The notes under the pieces are model-generated. The model saw only the letters and a program-made list of their open reading frames with translations. It had not been told where the DNA came from and made no database searches. This document shows, piece after piece, positions 18,812-29,076 of a stretch of 64,000 bases of DNA; position 1 is the stretch's first letter; each line of letters starts with the position of its first letter. A program made the translations under genes and the position numbers. The stretch is from NCBI GenBank assembly GCA_034088785.1, contig JAXDVS010000128.1, forward strand, positions 49,709-113,708. Direction: 5' to 3'. This DNA comes from Treponema sp. GTDB taxonomy: Bacteria; Spirochaetota; Spirochaetia; Treponematales; Treponemataceae.

Positions 18812-19315
18812 ATGAAAAAGATTATCGCTACATTGACAGCAATCGCAGCAGCAATGACACTCGGCGCATTCGCAGAAAAATATGTTTCTGCAAACGACCT
18901 GGAGCTTGGAACAGTCGCGGAAGACAAAGCCCTTGAAGATGACTTTGTAATCAAGGCGACAGCGGAAAAAATCGTTGAAATCACAAAACAGTCTTCAGAC
19001 TGCCCGAACTCAGTAGGCGATGAGACTTTCACACAGAGAATCAAAATCGGAGGCAAAGGAGACGTTACTTGCCGCTCAATCCAGTTTCCTGCAAAGGCAG
19101 GCCAGAAAGTAACAGTCTATGCGAAATCTTCTTCAAAAACAGACAACAGAATCGTCGCAGTTCTCGCTGAGGACGGAACACAGGTTGGAACTTCAGAAGC
19201 GGCTGCTTACGCTGGAGAAATCTCAGTCGGAAGCGTTACTCTTCCTGCTGACGGAAACTATTTCGTAACTTCTGGAAAATCAGGAATCTACATCTACGAA
19301 ATCATCGTTGAGTAA
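18812..19315 (+). CDS. Secreted stand-alone beta-sandwich protein, putative carbohydrate-binding module
   Basis: Signal peptide. The pattern RIKIGG...RSIQF....VTVYAKSSS...R...G.Y...S..SGIYIYEI.VE resembles modules appended to pectate lyases, and it lies directly upstream of the PL9 gene. Confidence 0.65.
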   Translation: MKKIIATLTAIAAAMTLGAFAEKYVSANDLELGTVAEDKALEDDFVIKATAEKIVEITKQSSDCPNSVGDETFTQRIKIGGKGDVTCRSIQFPAKAGQKVTVYAKSSSKTDNRIVAVLAEDGTQVGTSEAAAYAGEISVGSVTLPADGNYFVTSGKSGIYIYEIIVE

Positions 19316-19337
19316 ATAAAATTTTGTTTTATTTTAC

Positions 19338-19376
19338 AAAAGCGCAGTTTTCTGAATTTCAGGGGCTGCGCTTTTT
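19338..19376 (+). terminator. Intrinsic terminator
   Basis: AAAAGCGCAG...CTGCGCTTTTT after the 167-aa gene. Confidence 0.7.
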
Positions 19377-19458
19377 GTGTTAAAATGGCACGGCTTAATG
19401 CCAAAAAAGCGGAAAACGCAAAAATTAAAAAAGTATCAAATTTTAGAAGGAGTAACCG

Positions 19459-22400
19459 ATGAAAAAGACATTCATCAAAATGGCTCTCACACTTGCTTTG
19501 ATTGGTGCAACTGCGGCTGGCGCGTTTGCGCAGAAAGCAAGAAAACCGTGGAGCGAAGTGCCGAATCCGAAAATCACTTCGGTTGTGGCGGACGCGAAAA
19601 ATCCTAAAGCGATTATCGTAAACTTCGATATGGACACGCCAAGAGACAATTCCGGCGCGGACAAGGCGACTGTTGTTGTCTCAGGACCTTCAACAAAGAC
19701 AGCACAGGTCGGAAAAACACGAAACAAGGCGAAAAAGGCTGAAATCGAGCTTGATGTCTCTGGAACTTACACGATTGTTGTAAAAGGCTACAGAAATGAG
19801 GAGAAAACCTCGCACGACTCAGAGCCGGCAAAGTACACTTTCACTTTGCCGCTCGCAAAGCCTGCACTCTCTCTTCTGAACGTTGGAGACGCTGTAATCA
19901 ACGCGGAGTGGTCTCCTGTTGACGAGGCTACGGGCTACGTTCTTTCGTACACAGCAAACGGAAAAACTGTAAATCTTCCAGAGACAAAGTCTCTTTCAGG
20001 AAAAATCGCAGGCCTTAAAGTCGGAGACGTTGCGACTGTAAAAGTCACAGCTTTGCGCGGAAACGACTCTTCTGTTTCTGACTCAGTAAGAAAAACCGTA
20101 AGACAGGACGCAGAGCGCGTATGGGAATTCACAGAATTCGGAACATCTACAAATCCTGAAAGAAACCGCTATGAGCTTTTGGACGCGGACAATCTTAAAG
20201 TCCGTCTTCTTTCATGCACTTACAATCCAAAAACAGGAAACATCATCGACAAGGGCGGAAAATTCGAGTCATTCTTTGACGGAATGTCGTTCTATTACAC
20301 AAAAATAGACCCGAGAAAAGAGAATTTCGAGCTTACCGTGACTGTGACAGTTGACTATCACAACCCGATTGCAGACGGACAGGAAGGATTCGGCGTTCTC
20401 GCGCTTGACCAGCTTGGAGTTGACGGACAGCCGATGATTATCGCCTACAACAACTCTACAGGAATCGTTTCAAGAAAATTCACAACGCACGTGAACGGCG
20501 CGAAAAAGGAAATCAAGAACGGAATCGGCTACCGCGCTGTAACAGGCTTGACCGAGGGAATCATCTCTCAGGGCGATGCTGCAATCAAAAAGATGGCTTC
20601 AAGCATTTACGAGGCGTTCAGCTATGACCAGGCGGCAGACGCAGTAAAGACAGGAGACGTTTACCGCGTAACCCTCAAAAAAGACAATACTGGATACCAC
20701 TCAATCTACAAGAGAGCGATTGCCTCAGAAGGAACTGTCGAGGAGTACATTCTCTACGATACAAAGAACACAAAGCTTCTCCAGCTTGACCCGGAATGTA
20801 TTTACGTCGGATTCAGCGTAGCGCGCGGATGCAACGCGACTTTCAGCGATGTTGTCTTCAAGACTTCTGACCCGAAAAACGACCCGCCAGCTCTTCCAGA
20901 GCCTCCGGAGCTTGTTCCGCTTTCTGTAACAATCGACTGCCCTTCAACATACACATCAAAGTCTTATCCGTTTGCGATGATTTCAAACGCGAAAGGAACA
21001 ATCCACGTTGAGGACAAGCACGGAAATGTCATAATCGACAAAGACCCGGTTGAGGCGAACACATACTACAAGAAAAACATCAATATCAAAGTTCCTTCAA
21101 CAAACGACTGGAACGTCACTTTCGACCCGGAAGACAAATGGCAGCCGGGCGAGAATCAGGTTATCGCGCAGTACAACGACGAGGAAGGAAGATACGAGGA
21201 AAACTACAAGAGCGTAACTTATGTACACTCGGTTTCTTCGCTTGTCTTCAAAGGCAAGAATCTTTACGTCGGCAAAAACGGCTCAATCTTCGGAAAGGGA
21301 ACAAAGGACGACCCTATTGACCTTGACTCAGCAATCAAATACCTGCAGCCGGGCCAGACAGCTCTTCTTCTCCCTGGAAGATATTTCCCTACAAAGAATC
21401 TTGAAATTGAAAGAGGAAACAGCGGAACTGCAAAGAAACGCAAGGTTGTAAAGTCGGCAGACCCGAAAAACCGCGCAATTCTTGACTTCACATCATATTC
21501 AGGAACAAACAGCGCAATAAACCTTTTCGGCGACTACTGGACACTCGAGAATTTCGACATCACAAATTCTCCAGAGAACAGCAAGGCTTTGCAGATTGGC
21601 GGAAGCTACAACGAAATCAGAATGGTTGACACTTACCTCAACAAGGACACTGGAATCCAGATTTCGGGACGCTCTACAGAAAGCACTGATATGTGGCCAC
21701 ACGACAACCTTGTCTACGGCTGCGAGTCGTTCGGAAACTCAGACCCTGCGCAGAACAACGCAGACGGATTCGCTTCAAAGCTCACTTCCGGAAAAGGCAA
21801 TGTCTTCAGAAACTGCGTATCGCACCACAACGTAGACGATGGCTGGGACTTGTACTCAAAAGTCGAGACAGGCGCAATCGGAGAAGTTTTGGTTGAAAAC
21901 TGCATCGCTTACGCGAACGGAACAAAGCTCGACCTTTCTGGAAAAGGCGACGGAAACGGCTTCAAGATGGGCGGCGACGGAATCGCTGTAAAGCACGTTC
22001 TCAGAAACTCAATCTCTTGGGGCAACGGCGCAAACGGAATCACCTGCAACTCAAACCCTGCATTGATTCTTGACCGCGTAACAGCATTCGGAAACACGGC
22101 TTACAACATCGCTCTCTACGGAAAAGGAAACGAGGGCCAGAATCCTAGAATCTTCGAGACTGACGGAGTTCTCTCATTCGAGGGCGGACAGGGCGACAAC
22201 ATCAAGGAAAAGCCGGACTTGCTCAAGGAAAACACATTCTACTTTGACGGCGCAAAAACAAAGAACGCAAGCGGAAAAGTTCTTTCCTCAAAAGAGTCTT
22301 TCGTCCGCGTTGACTGGGAAAGCTACAACAACGGCTACAATGCCGACGGAACTTTCAACAGAATCCCGCGCGACGAAAACGGCGTTTTCAATCTTGGTGA

Positions 22401-22464
22401 CCTTTTCAAGAAAACAGACACAGTTCCGGCTGATGTCGGCGCAGACTACAACAACTTGAAATAA
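19459..22464 (+). CDS. Polysaccharide lyase family 9 (pectate/exopolygalacturonate lyase) with N-terminal FN3-like domains
   Basis: Signal peptide and PL9 motifs NKDTGIQISG, NADGFASKL, NVDDGWDLY and GDGNGFKMGG. Confidence 0.92.
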   Translation: MKKTFIKMALTLALIGATAAGAFAQKARKPWSEVPNPKITSVVADAKNPKAIIVNFDMDTPRDNSGADKATVVVSGPSTKTAQVGKTRNKAKKAEIELDVSGTYTIVVKGYRNEEKTSHDSEPAKYTFTLPLAKPALSLLNVGDAVINAEWSPVDEATGYVLSYTANGKTVNLPETKSLSGKIAGLKVGDVATVKVTALRGNDSSVSDSVRKTVRQDAERVWEFTEFGTSTNPERNRYELLDADNLKVRLLSCTYNPKTGNIIDKGGKFESFFDGMSFYYTKIDPRKENFELTVTVTVDYHNPIADGQEGFGVLALDQLGVDGQPMIIAYNNSTGIVSRKFTTHVNGAKKEIKNGIGYRAVTGLTEGIISQGDAAIKKMASSIYEAFSYDQAADAVKTGDVYRVTLKKDNTGYHSIYKRAIASEGTVEEYILYDTKNTKLLQLDPECIYVGFSVARGCNATFSDVVFKTSDPKNDPPALPEPPELVPLSVTIDCPSTYTSKSYPFAMISNAKGTIHVEDKHGNVIIDKDPVEANTYYKKNINIKVPSTNDWNVTFDPEDKWQPGENQVIAQYNDEEGRYEENYKSVTYVHSVSSLVFKGKNLYVGKNGSIFGKGTKDDPIDLDSAIKYLQPGQTALLLPGRYFPTKNLEIERGNSGTAKKRKVVKSADPKNRAILDFTSYSGTNSAINLFGDYWTLENFDITNSPENSKALQIGGSYNEIRMVDTYLNKDTGIQISGRSTESTDMWPHDNLVYGCESFGNSDPAQNNADGFASKLTSGKGNVFRNCVSHHNVDDGWDLYSKVETGAIGEVLVENCIAYANGTKLDLSGKGDGNGFKMGGDGIAVKHVLRNSISWGNGANGITCNSNPALILDRVTAFGNTAYNIALYGKGNEGQNPRIFETDGVLSFEGGQGDNIKEKPDLLKENTFYFDGAKTKNASGKVLSSKESFVRVDWESYNNGYNADGTFNRIPRDENGVFNLGDLFKKTDTVPADVGADYNNLK

Positions 22465-22588
22465 AATCCTGAAGTTTTAATCTGGGAAAGTGTCCGGAAA
22501 TATTCCGGCGCTTTTTCAGACTGTTTTGGACTTCGGCGGACGGGAAAGCGCATTTCCTGTCCGCCGTTTTTTTTGCTATAATCATCTC

Positions 22589-23269
22589 ATGCGCGAATTT
22601 TGCTACAATTGCTTCAGGCCAAAAGAAACTTGCCTTTGTAAATTCTTGAAGCCGTTCGACCCGGGAATCAAATTTGTTTTTCTTATGCATCCGAAAGAGG
22701 CCAAGCGGCAGCGTACAGGAACTGGAAGAGTCGCCCATGCAGGACTTATAGACTCTGAAATTCTCGTGGGAATCGACTTCACAAAAAATGAGCGGCTTTG
22801 CGCTCTTCTCTCAGACCCGAAATATTATCCTGTTCTTCTTTATCCTGACGAGAACGCGTGGAATTCAAAAAAGGAAGGATTCAGGGAAGCTGTCGGAAAC
22901 AAGAAACTTCTCGCAATAATTATCGACTCCACGTGGTTCTGCTCAAAAAAGATGATTCGCCTAAGCTCGAACATCATGGAGCTTCCAAAAGTCAGCTTCT
23001 CAAATAAATACAAGTCGATTTTCACTTTCAAGAAAGAGCCGTCGGAAGAGTGCGTCTCAACAATCGAAACCTGCTATTATCTGATAAAGGAAATGCAGGA
23101 GGCAGGAATCGCAGACAAAAATGCGAGTCCTGAATGTCTGATGGCCGCGTTCAAGGAGCTTATAAAGATGCAGCTTCAAAAGGAAAACGACAGAATCGAA
23201 GGAAAGCTCCCGAACAGCCACGCAAGCGACTTTAAATACACAAAGAAAAAAGAAGTCCCTGATTTTTAA
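22589..23269 (+). CDS. DTW-domain tRNA-uridine aminocarboxypropyltransferase (TapT-like)
   Basis: Motifs CYNCFRP..CLC, HPKE...RTGTG, IDSTW and STIE. Start placed at ATG 22589. Confidence 0.88.
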   Translation: MREFCYNCFRPKETCLCKFLKPFDPGIKFVFLMHPKEAKRQRTGTGRVAHAGLIDSEILVGIDFTKNERLCALLSDPKYYPVLLYPDENAWNSKKEGFREAVGNKKLLAIIIDSTWFCSKKMIRLSSNIMELPKVSFSNKYKSIFTFKKEPSEECVSTIETCYYLIKEMQEAGIADKNASPECLMAAFKELIKMQLQKENDRIEGKLPNSHASDFKYTKKKEVPDF

Positions 23270-23270
23270 T

Positions 23271-24965
23271 TCAATTCAGCGGAAGCGCGCCCTGCGGCTC
23301 ATACTCGCCACAAAGCGCGCCGAACAAAGCCTTGAACGTGAACGGCGAATAGCTGTAGCCGAGCAGAATCGTGTCCGCCCAGTCAAAACGCAAAACAGGA
23401 ACAGGCGAAAGCACCGACATTATTATGACGCGCTTTCCGGAATTTTTAAGGCGCGAAGCAATCTGCGCGCTTCTCTCGTTCGCCACGCAGATTATAATTG
23501 TGTCGTAGCTCCGCGCGGTCGCCTCAATATTGTTGCTCATCCAGTCAGTCTGGTTCGGGCCAAGCTCATAGTCATACTTGAACTGCGCGCAGTCTCCAAA
23601 GCGTTTTTTCGCCTCGTCAAAAAATTCCGGGAACTGGTTCTGGCCTGCAAGAAGAATCTTCTCGCCCGAAGCAGGCTTGTACGGAAAATCGCCTTTTTTG
23701 TACGCCGTAATCGAGCGGCACGCCTGCGAAAGGAAAAATCTCTGGCCGTCCTTGTCAGGAACTTTCTCGTGCAAAGTCTCAATCTCAGGATAAAGCGGCG
23801 CGGCATTATCGCTTTTAAAATATTCAAGCTTATGAAGAATCACATTCTGGGCCGCATTTTTCACTTTTTCCCTGAATTCAGAATCATTTTGCATTGTCTC
23901 AAGATTCAGCGTCCAAAGACGGTCGTTAAAGTCGGCTGTCTTTGAAAAAATTATTATGTCGTTTCCGGCAGAAATCGCAAGCTGAACCGCCCTTGAAACC
24001 GTTCCGGCGTAGCCCCACGCGCCTTCCATCTGCATATCGTCAGTAATAATCAGCCCCTTGTAGCCAAGCTCGCCGCGCAGAATGTCGGTGAGAAAATACT
24101 TTGAAAGGGAAGCCGGTTCGCCGCTCGGCAAAATCCGCGGAAAGCTCAAATGCGCGCTCATGATTGCAGGAATATTCTCAGCAATCAAAAATTTAAAAGG
24201 AACAAGCTCGCGGTTTTCAAGCGTTTTCAGGTCGATATTGATTTGAGGAAGCTTTGTGTGCGAGTCAAGGCTTGTGTCTCCGTGGCCTGGAAAATGCTTT
24301 GCGGTAGGAATAACGCCTGCCGCGATAGAGCCTGCTGTGAACGCGCTTCCTAAAAGCCCTGCCGCTTCTGAATCCTCGCCGAAAGAACGCGGGCCGATTA
24401 CAGACGAGTTGTGATTCGTGTAAAGGTCAACGGTCGGGGCAAAATTCATATTGATTCCGAGAGCCTTTATCTCGCGCGAGATATAATACGCGCTGTAGTA
24501 AGCGTCTATCGGATACTGCGAAGCTCCAATCGCCATATTTCCCGGAGTGTCGGAAGTGTCGCCTTTAACGTGGCGAATCCAGCCGCCTTCCTGATCTGTC
24601 GCGACAAAAAGCGGAATCCGCAATTTTCTGTTCTGTGATTTTTTTTGAAGAGAACTCACCGATTTTGCGACAAGCTCAGTGTTGTCCGTGTTCCAGCCGA
24701 AAACTTTCACGCTTCCAAGCCCGCGCTCGGAAACCCACGCGTTCAAAAGCGCGCTCGGCTCAGAGCCTGCCCAGCCGAACATCAGAATCTGCGAGAGATA
24801 ATCCTCGTCCGTCATCTTTGAAATCAGAAAATCCGCAAGCTGCCCGTTGGGAAAATCGCTCCAAAAATCAGCGTTGTCAGGAATATTTTGAGTCTGCGAA
24901 AACAAATTCTGTGAAAAAGAAAACAAGGCAAAAACTGCCACAAGAAGTGAAAAAGTTTTTTTCAT
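23271..24965 (-). CDS. Glycoside hydrolase family 3 (beta-N-acetylhexosaminidase-like)
   Basis: Signal peptide and motifs TDQEGG, NFAPTVD, RSFGED, KHFPGHGDTSLDSH and ITDDMQM. Confidence 0.93.
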   Translation of the reverse strand: MKKTFSLLVAVFALFSFSQNLFSQTQNIPDNADFWSDFPNGQLADFLISKMTDEDYLSQILMFGWAGSEPSALLNAWVSERGLGSVKVFGWNTDNTELVAKSVSSLQKKSQNRKLRIPLFVATDQEGGWIRHVKGDTSDTPGNMAIGASQYPIDAYYSAYYISREIKALGINMNFAPTVDLYTNHNSSVIGPRSFGEDSEAAGLLGSAFTAGSIAAGVIPTAKHFPGHGDTSLDSHTKLPQINIDLKTLENRELVPFKFLIAENIPAIMSAHLSFPRILPSGEPASLSKYFLTDILRGELGYKGLIITDDMQMEGAWGYAGTVSRAVQLAISAGNDIIIFSKTADFNDRLWTLNLETMQNDSEFREKVKNAAQNVILHKLEYFKSDNAAPLYPEIETLHEKVPDKDGQRFFLSQACRSITAYKKGDFPYKPASGEKILLAGQNQFPEFFDEAKKRFGDCAQFKYDYELGPNQTDWMSNNIEATARSYDTIIICVANERSAQIASRLKNSGKRVIIMSVLSPVPVLRFDWADTILLGYSYSPFTFKALFGALCGEYEPQGALPLN

Positions 24966-25048
24966 ATGATAAAAATTGATTTTTTTATTATATCGAATCG
25001 AAAGACTATAGACAAACGTTTTGATTTAGGTTATATTATTAGCACTTC

Positions 25049-25120
25049 GGCGTCTTATCCAAGCGGTAAGGAAGCGGTCTGCAAAACCGTTATGCAGCAG
25101 TTCGATTCTGCTAGACGCCT
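25049..25120 (+). tRNA. trnC: tRNA-Cys (GCA)
   Basis: Acceptor stem GGCGTCT/AGACGCC with U73, anticodon arm GCGGT-CTGCAAA-ACCGT and T-arm GCAG-TTCGATT-CTGC. The overlapping 24966..25262 ORF is spurious. Confidence 0.95.
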
Positions 25121-25269
25121 TTTCAAAAAAGAGTCGCAAACGCGGCTCTTTTTTGTTTTCCGGGTCTGTCTTGGCAAAGCCGGGACTCGTTTTTATATAT
25201 TTGCTGGTTTTTCGAAAGACAAACCAGCATTTTTTTGCATTAAAAAGGCAAATTCAGCATGAAAAAAGC

Positions 25270-25385
25270 ACGTCATTCTGAACTCGTTTCAGAATCTATA
25301 TGACGTATTTTCTTTAATGCAGATGCTGAAATAAATTCAGCATGACACAAAAAAACACGTCATTCCGAATTTAATTCGGAATCCG
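25270..25385. repeat. REP-like palindrome cluster
   Basis: Three GTCAT...ATC family units downstream of tRNA-Cys. Confidence 0.85.
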
Positions 25386-25407
25386 TTGAAACAGCATGGC
25401 GGCAGCT

Positions 25408-25935
25408 TTAGTTTTCCGCTTTAAGCTCTGGCGCAACAGAAAGAATCGTCTGCACAACCTGATTTCTAAGCTCCTCGGTCGGAAATCCGAAATCAATCTG
25501 CTTTCCGTTTTTCAGGACGGCTTTCAAAAATCTCTTGTCAACGCCGGTTGTCTCCTCGTCATCTTCATAAGAAAGAGTCGGAAAAAGCTCAATCTCGTCA
25601 TAAAAATAAGAATAAGTTCCGTAAAGAATTTTCTTCTCGTAAACTCCGGCGTTGTTTGAAATCATAAGGTCGCGCACGGCAATCTCGCCTGCAATCAGCG
25701 CAATCAGGACAAACATAACGTCAAGATAAAACGCGAAATTTCTAAGGCAAATCGCGCCAATCATCGCTGCGGCAAAAATCATAATGCAAAAATCTTTCGC
25801 ACAAACGCTGCCCGGCAATTTCAAGAGCAATTTTCCCGCGTTCAGGACAACGAACTTCCGGCGCACAAAAAAAGACGCGAGCAGGCAAAGATAGGCGATT
25901 CCGCCGACAATCGAAATCAGAAATTTATATTCCAT
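25408..25935 (-). CDS. Hypothetical membrane protein
   Basis: Three N-terminal TM segments and a soluble C-terminus; last gene of a minus-strand operon. Confidence 0.75.
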   Translation of the reverse strand: MEYKFLISIVGGIAYLCLLASFFVRRKFVVLNAGKLLLKLPGSVCAKDFCIMIFAAAMIGAICLRNFAFYLDVMFVLIALIAGEIAVRDLMISNNAGVYEKKILYGTYSYFYDEIELFPTLSYEDDEETTGVDKRFLKAVLKNGKQIDFGFPTEELRNQVVQTILSVAPELKAEN

Positions 25936-26000
25936 AAAGTCTCCTTAAAAACCGATAAATTATTTTTCCGCGATTTTTTTTCAGCAAAAATGATATAAAT

Positions 26001-26516
26001 CTACAAAATCATTTTAAGTACGTTTTTCGCGCTAACAAAGGCAAGCGGCAAAGATTCAAGCTCGCTTTCGTTCCGGCAAAAACGCCATTCAAATCCCAAA
26101 ACCTCGCTTTCCTGAGCTTTAAGCGCAGCGTTTTCAGGAAGAACCGCCTCAAAAAAAAGGTCGCAAGTCTTATAGACGATATTCTTGAACTCGTAAGTGT
26201 TCGGAAAGCTCGCTATAAACTTGATTTTTTCAGGCTTCACGCCGATTTCCTCGAAGCACTCGCGCACGCAGGCATTTTCGGCAGTCTCGTCAGGCTCGCA
26301 AAAACCTCCGGGAAAAGCAAGAAAGCCTTTTCTAGGCTCTTTCGCGCGCCGCTCAAAAAGAATCTTTCCCTCAGAATCTCTTATCACTAATCCCACTGCA
26401 GTCGCAACATTGTTGAAAAGCTCAAATCCGCAGTCAGGGCAAAGCCATTTTCTTTCATCAACATTCTGGATTTTTTCGCTTCCACATTTCGGGCAAAATT
26501 TAAAGTCGTTTCTCAT
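26001..26516 (-). CDS. NUDIX hydrolase with N-terminal zinc ribbon
   Basis: CPKCG...CPDCG and Nudix box GGFCEPDETAENACVRECFEEIG. Confidence 0.9.
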   Translation of the reverse strand: MRNDFKFCPKCGSEKIQNVDERKWLCPDCGFELFNNVATAVGLVIRDSEGKILFERRAKEPRKGFLAFPGGFCEPDETAENACVRECFEEIGVKPEKIKFIASFPNTYEFKNIVYKTCDLFFEAVLPENAALKAQESEVLGFEWRFCRNESELESLPLAFVSAKNVLKMIL

Positions 26517-26605
26517 CTCTTCCTCCAAAAAATTCTAAAACCGCAACCATAAACCGCAAATTTTCAAAGACTCAAAAACGCAAATCATTTTTTCAGATTC
26601 AGAAC

Positions 26606-28822
26606 CTAAAGTTTTCTCGCCGTGAGAGCGTCTGCAAGAGCCTCGGAGCGTTTCACAGTCTGAATTATCAGCGGAATGAAAAGCGGAATCAGGATTTTTA
26701 TCTTCGAGCCTAAAGATTTCGCCTCTCCAAGCCCGCCGCGCACAATCTGCGTCTTTACAATAGAACAAAGCTCCTCAATCAGAAGCGGAATAAACCTGAA
26801 AACGATTTCGACAATCACAATCACGCTTCGCACAGGAATTTTCACCATTTCAAGCGGCTTCAAGATTCCAGAAATTCCGCCCAAGAATTCGCTTTCGGAA
26901 GTTGAGTAAATAAAGACGCGAACGCAGCAAAACGCGCTGAACGTATGAAGAACGAGATTCACGCAGGCAAGGATTTTCGTCTTTGAGACCAGAATCCAGC
27001 CGAGCTGAAAATAAACAACATCGTTCTCGGCAGGAACTGAAATCAAAAGCTGGAAAGCGCAGAAAAAAATCATCCACGGAAGAATAATCAGGAATGACGA
27101 CAGATAGCGTCTCGCAGGAAAAGCCGCGCAAATGCCGTAAATCACGCACAAAAGAACCATAAAAGACGAGGCGCAGACATTTTCAAAGACGAGCGAAAGC
27201 ACAAAAAGCGCGAGAAAAATGCAGTATTTCGGAACCGCCCCCACTTTTTGAAGCGGATTCTTGCGGTGCGTCTCTGGATTCTCGCCGAAGATTTTTGTTT
27301 TTCTGAGTTTTTCAAGAAGCCCCGTGCCTTGAAGTTTTTTCGCTTCCGGGAGATTTCTATTTTCTGATTCTGAATACTGCAATTTCTGATTTTTTGATTT
27401 TTCTTCAAAAGATTCTTTCAGATTTTTTTCCGCAATGTCTGAACCAAAGATTTTCTCATCAGATTTCGATTCAGTTTCCGTTTCCAGAGAATCGCCGACA
27501 ATTTTTCCGTTCTGCATTTTTATATGGCGGTCGGCAAAGTCCGCCTCATCCATGCGGTGCGTGCTGAAAACAACGGTTTTTCCGCTTTCAACGAGCTTTC
27601 TAAATTGAACCATAATATTCAGGCGGCTTTTCGGGTCAAGCCCGGCGGTCGGCTCGTCAAAAAGAATCACGTCGCTGTCAAGCGCGATAATTCCGGCGAG
27701 AGCGAGCTTCCGTTTTTCGCCGCCAGAAAGCATAAAAGTTCCGCGGTCGGCGAACTGCTCAAAAGGAAGCCCCGCAAGCTCCATCGAATTTTTTACGAGA
27801 TTTTTTAGCTCTTTTCCCTTTTTTCCAAGATTTTTCGGGCCGAACGCAACATCGTCGGCGGCAAAAGCCTCAAAAAGCGCGGAAGAAGCGTCCTGAAGCG
27901 CGAGAGAGGGCCGTTTTTCACAGAAAACTTTTCCGCTTTTAGGATTCAAAAGCCCGGCAGAAAGCTCCAGAATTGTCGATTTTCCGCTTCCGCTCGCGCC
28001 TGTAATCGCCGTCAAAGTTCCTTTTTTTATCGAAAGGTTGAAATTTTCAATCGTGCTGGAATTGCCGTCATAAGAAAAATTCAAGTCTTTTAAGACAAGA
28101 ACGTCCTCGCCGCCAATTTTTTCTGCTCTGTTCTGATTTTTTGGAATCGGCTCGCCAAAAAGATTTTCGATTATATTTTTTTCCGAAAGAAATTCGTCTC
28201 TTCCGCCGTTAAAAAACAGATTTCCTTTTTCAATCACAATAACGTGAGTCGCCTTCAAAGCCTCGTTAAAATCGTGCGTGATATGCACAATTGTCTGGCC
28301 GCGCCTGTGCGAAGAATCGATAAAATCAAGAAGCTCCTTCCGCGAGTCCGGGTCAAGCATTGAAGTTGCCTCGTCCAAAATCAGAAGCTCCGGGTGCAAA
28401 GCCAAAATTCCGCTCACTGCAAGTTTTTGCGTCTGCCCGAGAGAAAGCGCGTTTGTCGAGCTCATCGCCTTGTCGAGCAAATCAGTCGCGGAAAGGCTTT
28501 CAATCACGCGCTGCTCGACTTCCGCTTTTTCAACTCCGAGATTTTCAGGTCCGAACGCAGTGTCGCGGCTCACAATTTCAGAGACAACCTGCTCCTTTGG
28601 CGACTGAAACACAATTCCTGTAAGAAGATTCTCATCAAGTTCGACTTTTCCAGAACTCGGCTGCAGAAATCCTGCCATAATGCGGGCTAAAGTCGATTTT
28701 CCCGAGCCGTTCGTGCCGAGAACAACGCAATAGTCGCCTTTTTTTATCTCAAAGCTCACATTTTTTAGAGCGAAATTTTTAGAATCAGGATAAGAATACG
28801 AAACATCAACAACGCGAAACAT
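26606..28822 (-). CDS. ECF transporter fusion: ATPase-ATPase-EcfT (T component)
   Basis: Two ABC domains (GTNGSGKST/LSLGQ/LDEA and GASGSGKST/LSGGE/FDEP), then TM helices with EcfT Arg motifs (QIVRG, LTARK). Confidence 0.9.
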   Translation of the reverse strand: MFRVVDVSYSYPDSKNFALKNVSFEIKKGDYCVVLGTNGSGKSTLARIMAGFLQPSSGKVELDENLLTGIVFQSPKEQVVSEIVSRDTAFGPENLGVEKAEVEQRVIESLSATDLLDKAMSSTNALSLGQTQKLAVSGILALHPELLILDEATSMLDPDSRKELLDFIDSSHRRGQTIVHITHDFNEALKATHVIVIEKGNLFFNGGRDEFLSEKNIIENLFGEPIPKNQNRAEKIGGEDVLVLKDLNFSYDGNSSTIENFNLSIKKGTLTAITGASGSGKSTILELSAGLLNPKSGKVFCEKRPSLALQDASSALFEAFAADDVAFGPKNLGKKGKELKNLVKNSMELAGLPFEQFADRGTFMLSGGEKRKLALAGIIALDSDVILFDEPTAGLDPKSRLNIMVQFRKLVESGKTVVFSTHRMDEADFADRHIKMQNGKIVGDSLETETESKSDEKIFGSDIAEKNLKESFEEKSKNQKLQYSESENRNLPEAKKLQGTGLLEKLRKTKIFGENPETHRKNPLQKVGAVPKYCIFLALFVLSLVFENVCASSFMVLLCVIYGICAAFPARRYLSSFLIILPWMIFFCAFQLLISVPAENDVVYFQLGWILVSKTKILACVNLVLHTFSAFCCVRVFIYSTSESEFLGGISGILKPLEMVKIPVRSVIVIVEIVFRFIPLLIEELCSIVKTQIVRGGLGEAKSLGSKIKILIPLFIPLIIQTVKRSEALADALTARKL

Positions 28823-28911
28823 TTTTATGATTTTAGCAGAAACAAGAGAAATATTAAACTTGCAGGATTTTAACACAACGCCATTCCAAAGCCGCAACCT
28901 TTAGAGTTCGC

Positions 28912-29062
28912 TTTGATTCGGAATCTGAAAAAAGCCTGTCATTCCGAAACAAAAATCTTGTCATTCCGAACTCGAGTTCTATTGAACTCGTTTTGATTCG
29001 GAATCTGTAAGTATAGATGCTGAAACGAAATGCGCGGCTAAAACTGCGAATTCAGCATGACA
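28912..29062. repeat. REP-like palindrome cluster
   Basis: Several units; two carry nested hairpins (CGAGTTCTATTGAACTCG; GCGCGGCTAAAACTGCG). Confidence 0.8.
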
Positions 29063-29076
29063 AAATTCTGTAAATC

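Noticed and set aside
24966-25262. 98-aa ORF
   Set aside because: It overlaps a canonical tRNA-Cys and has no protein features.
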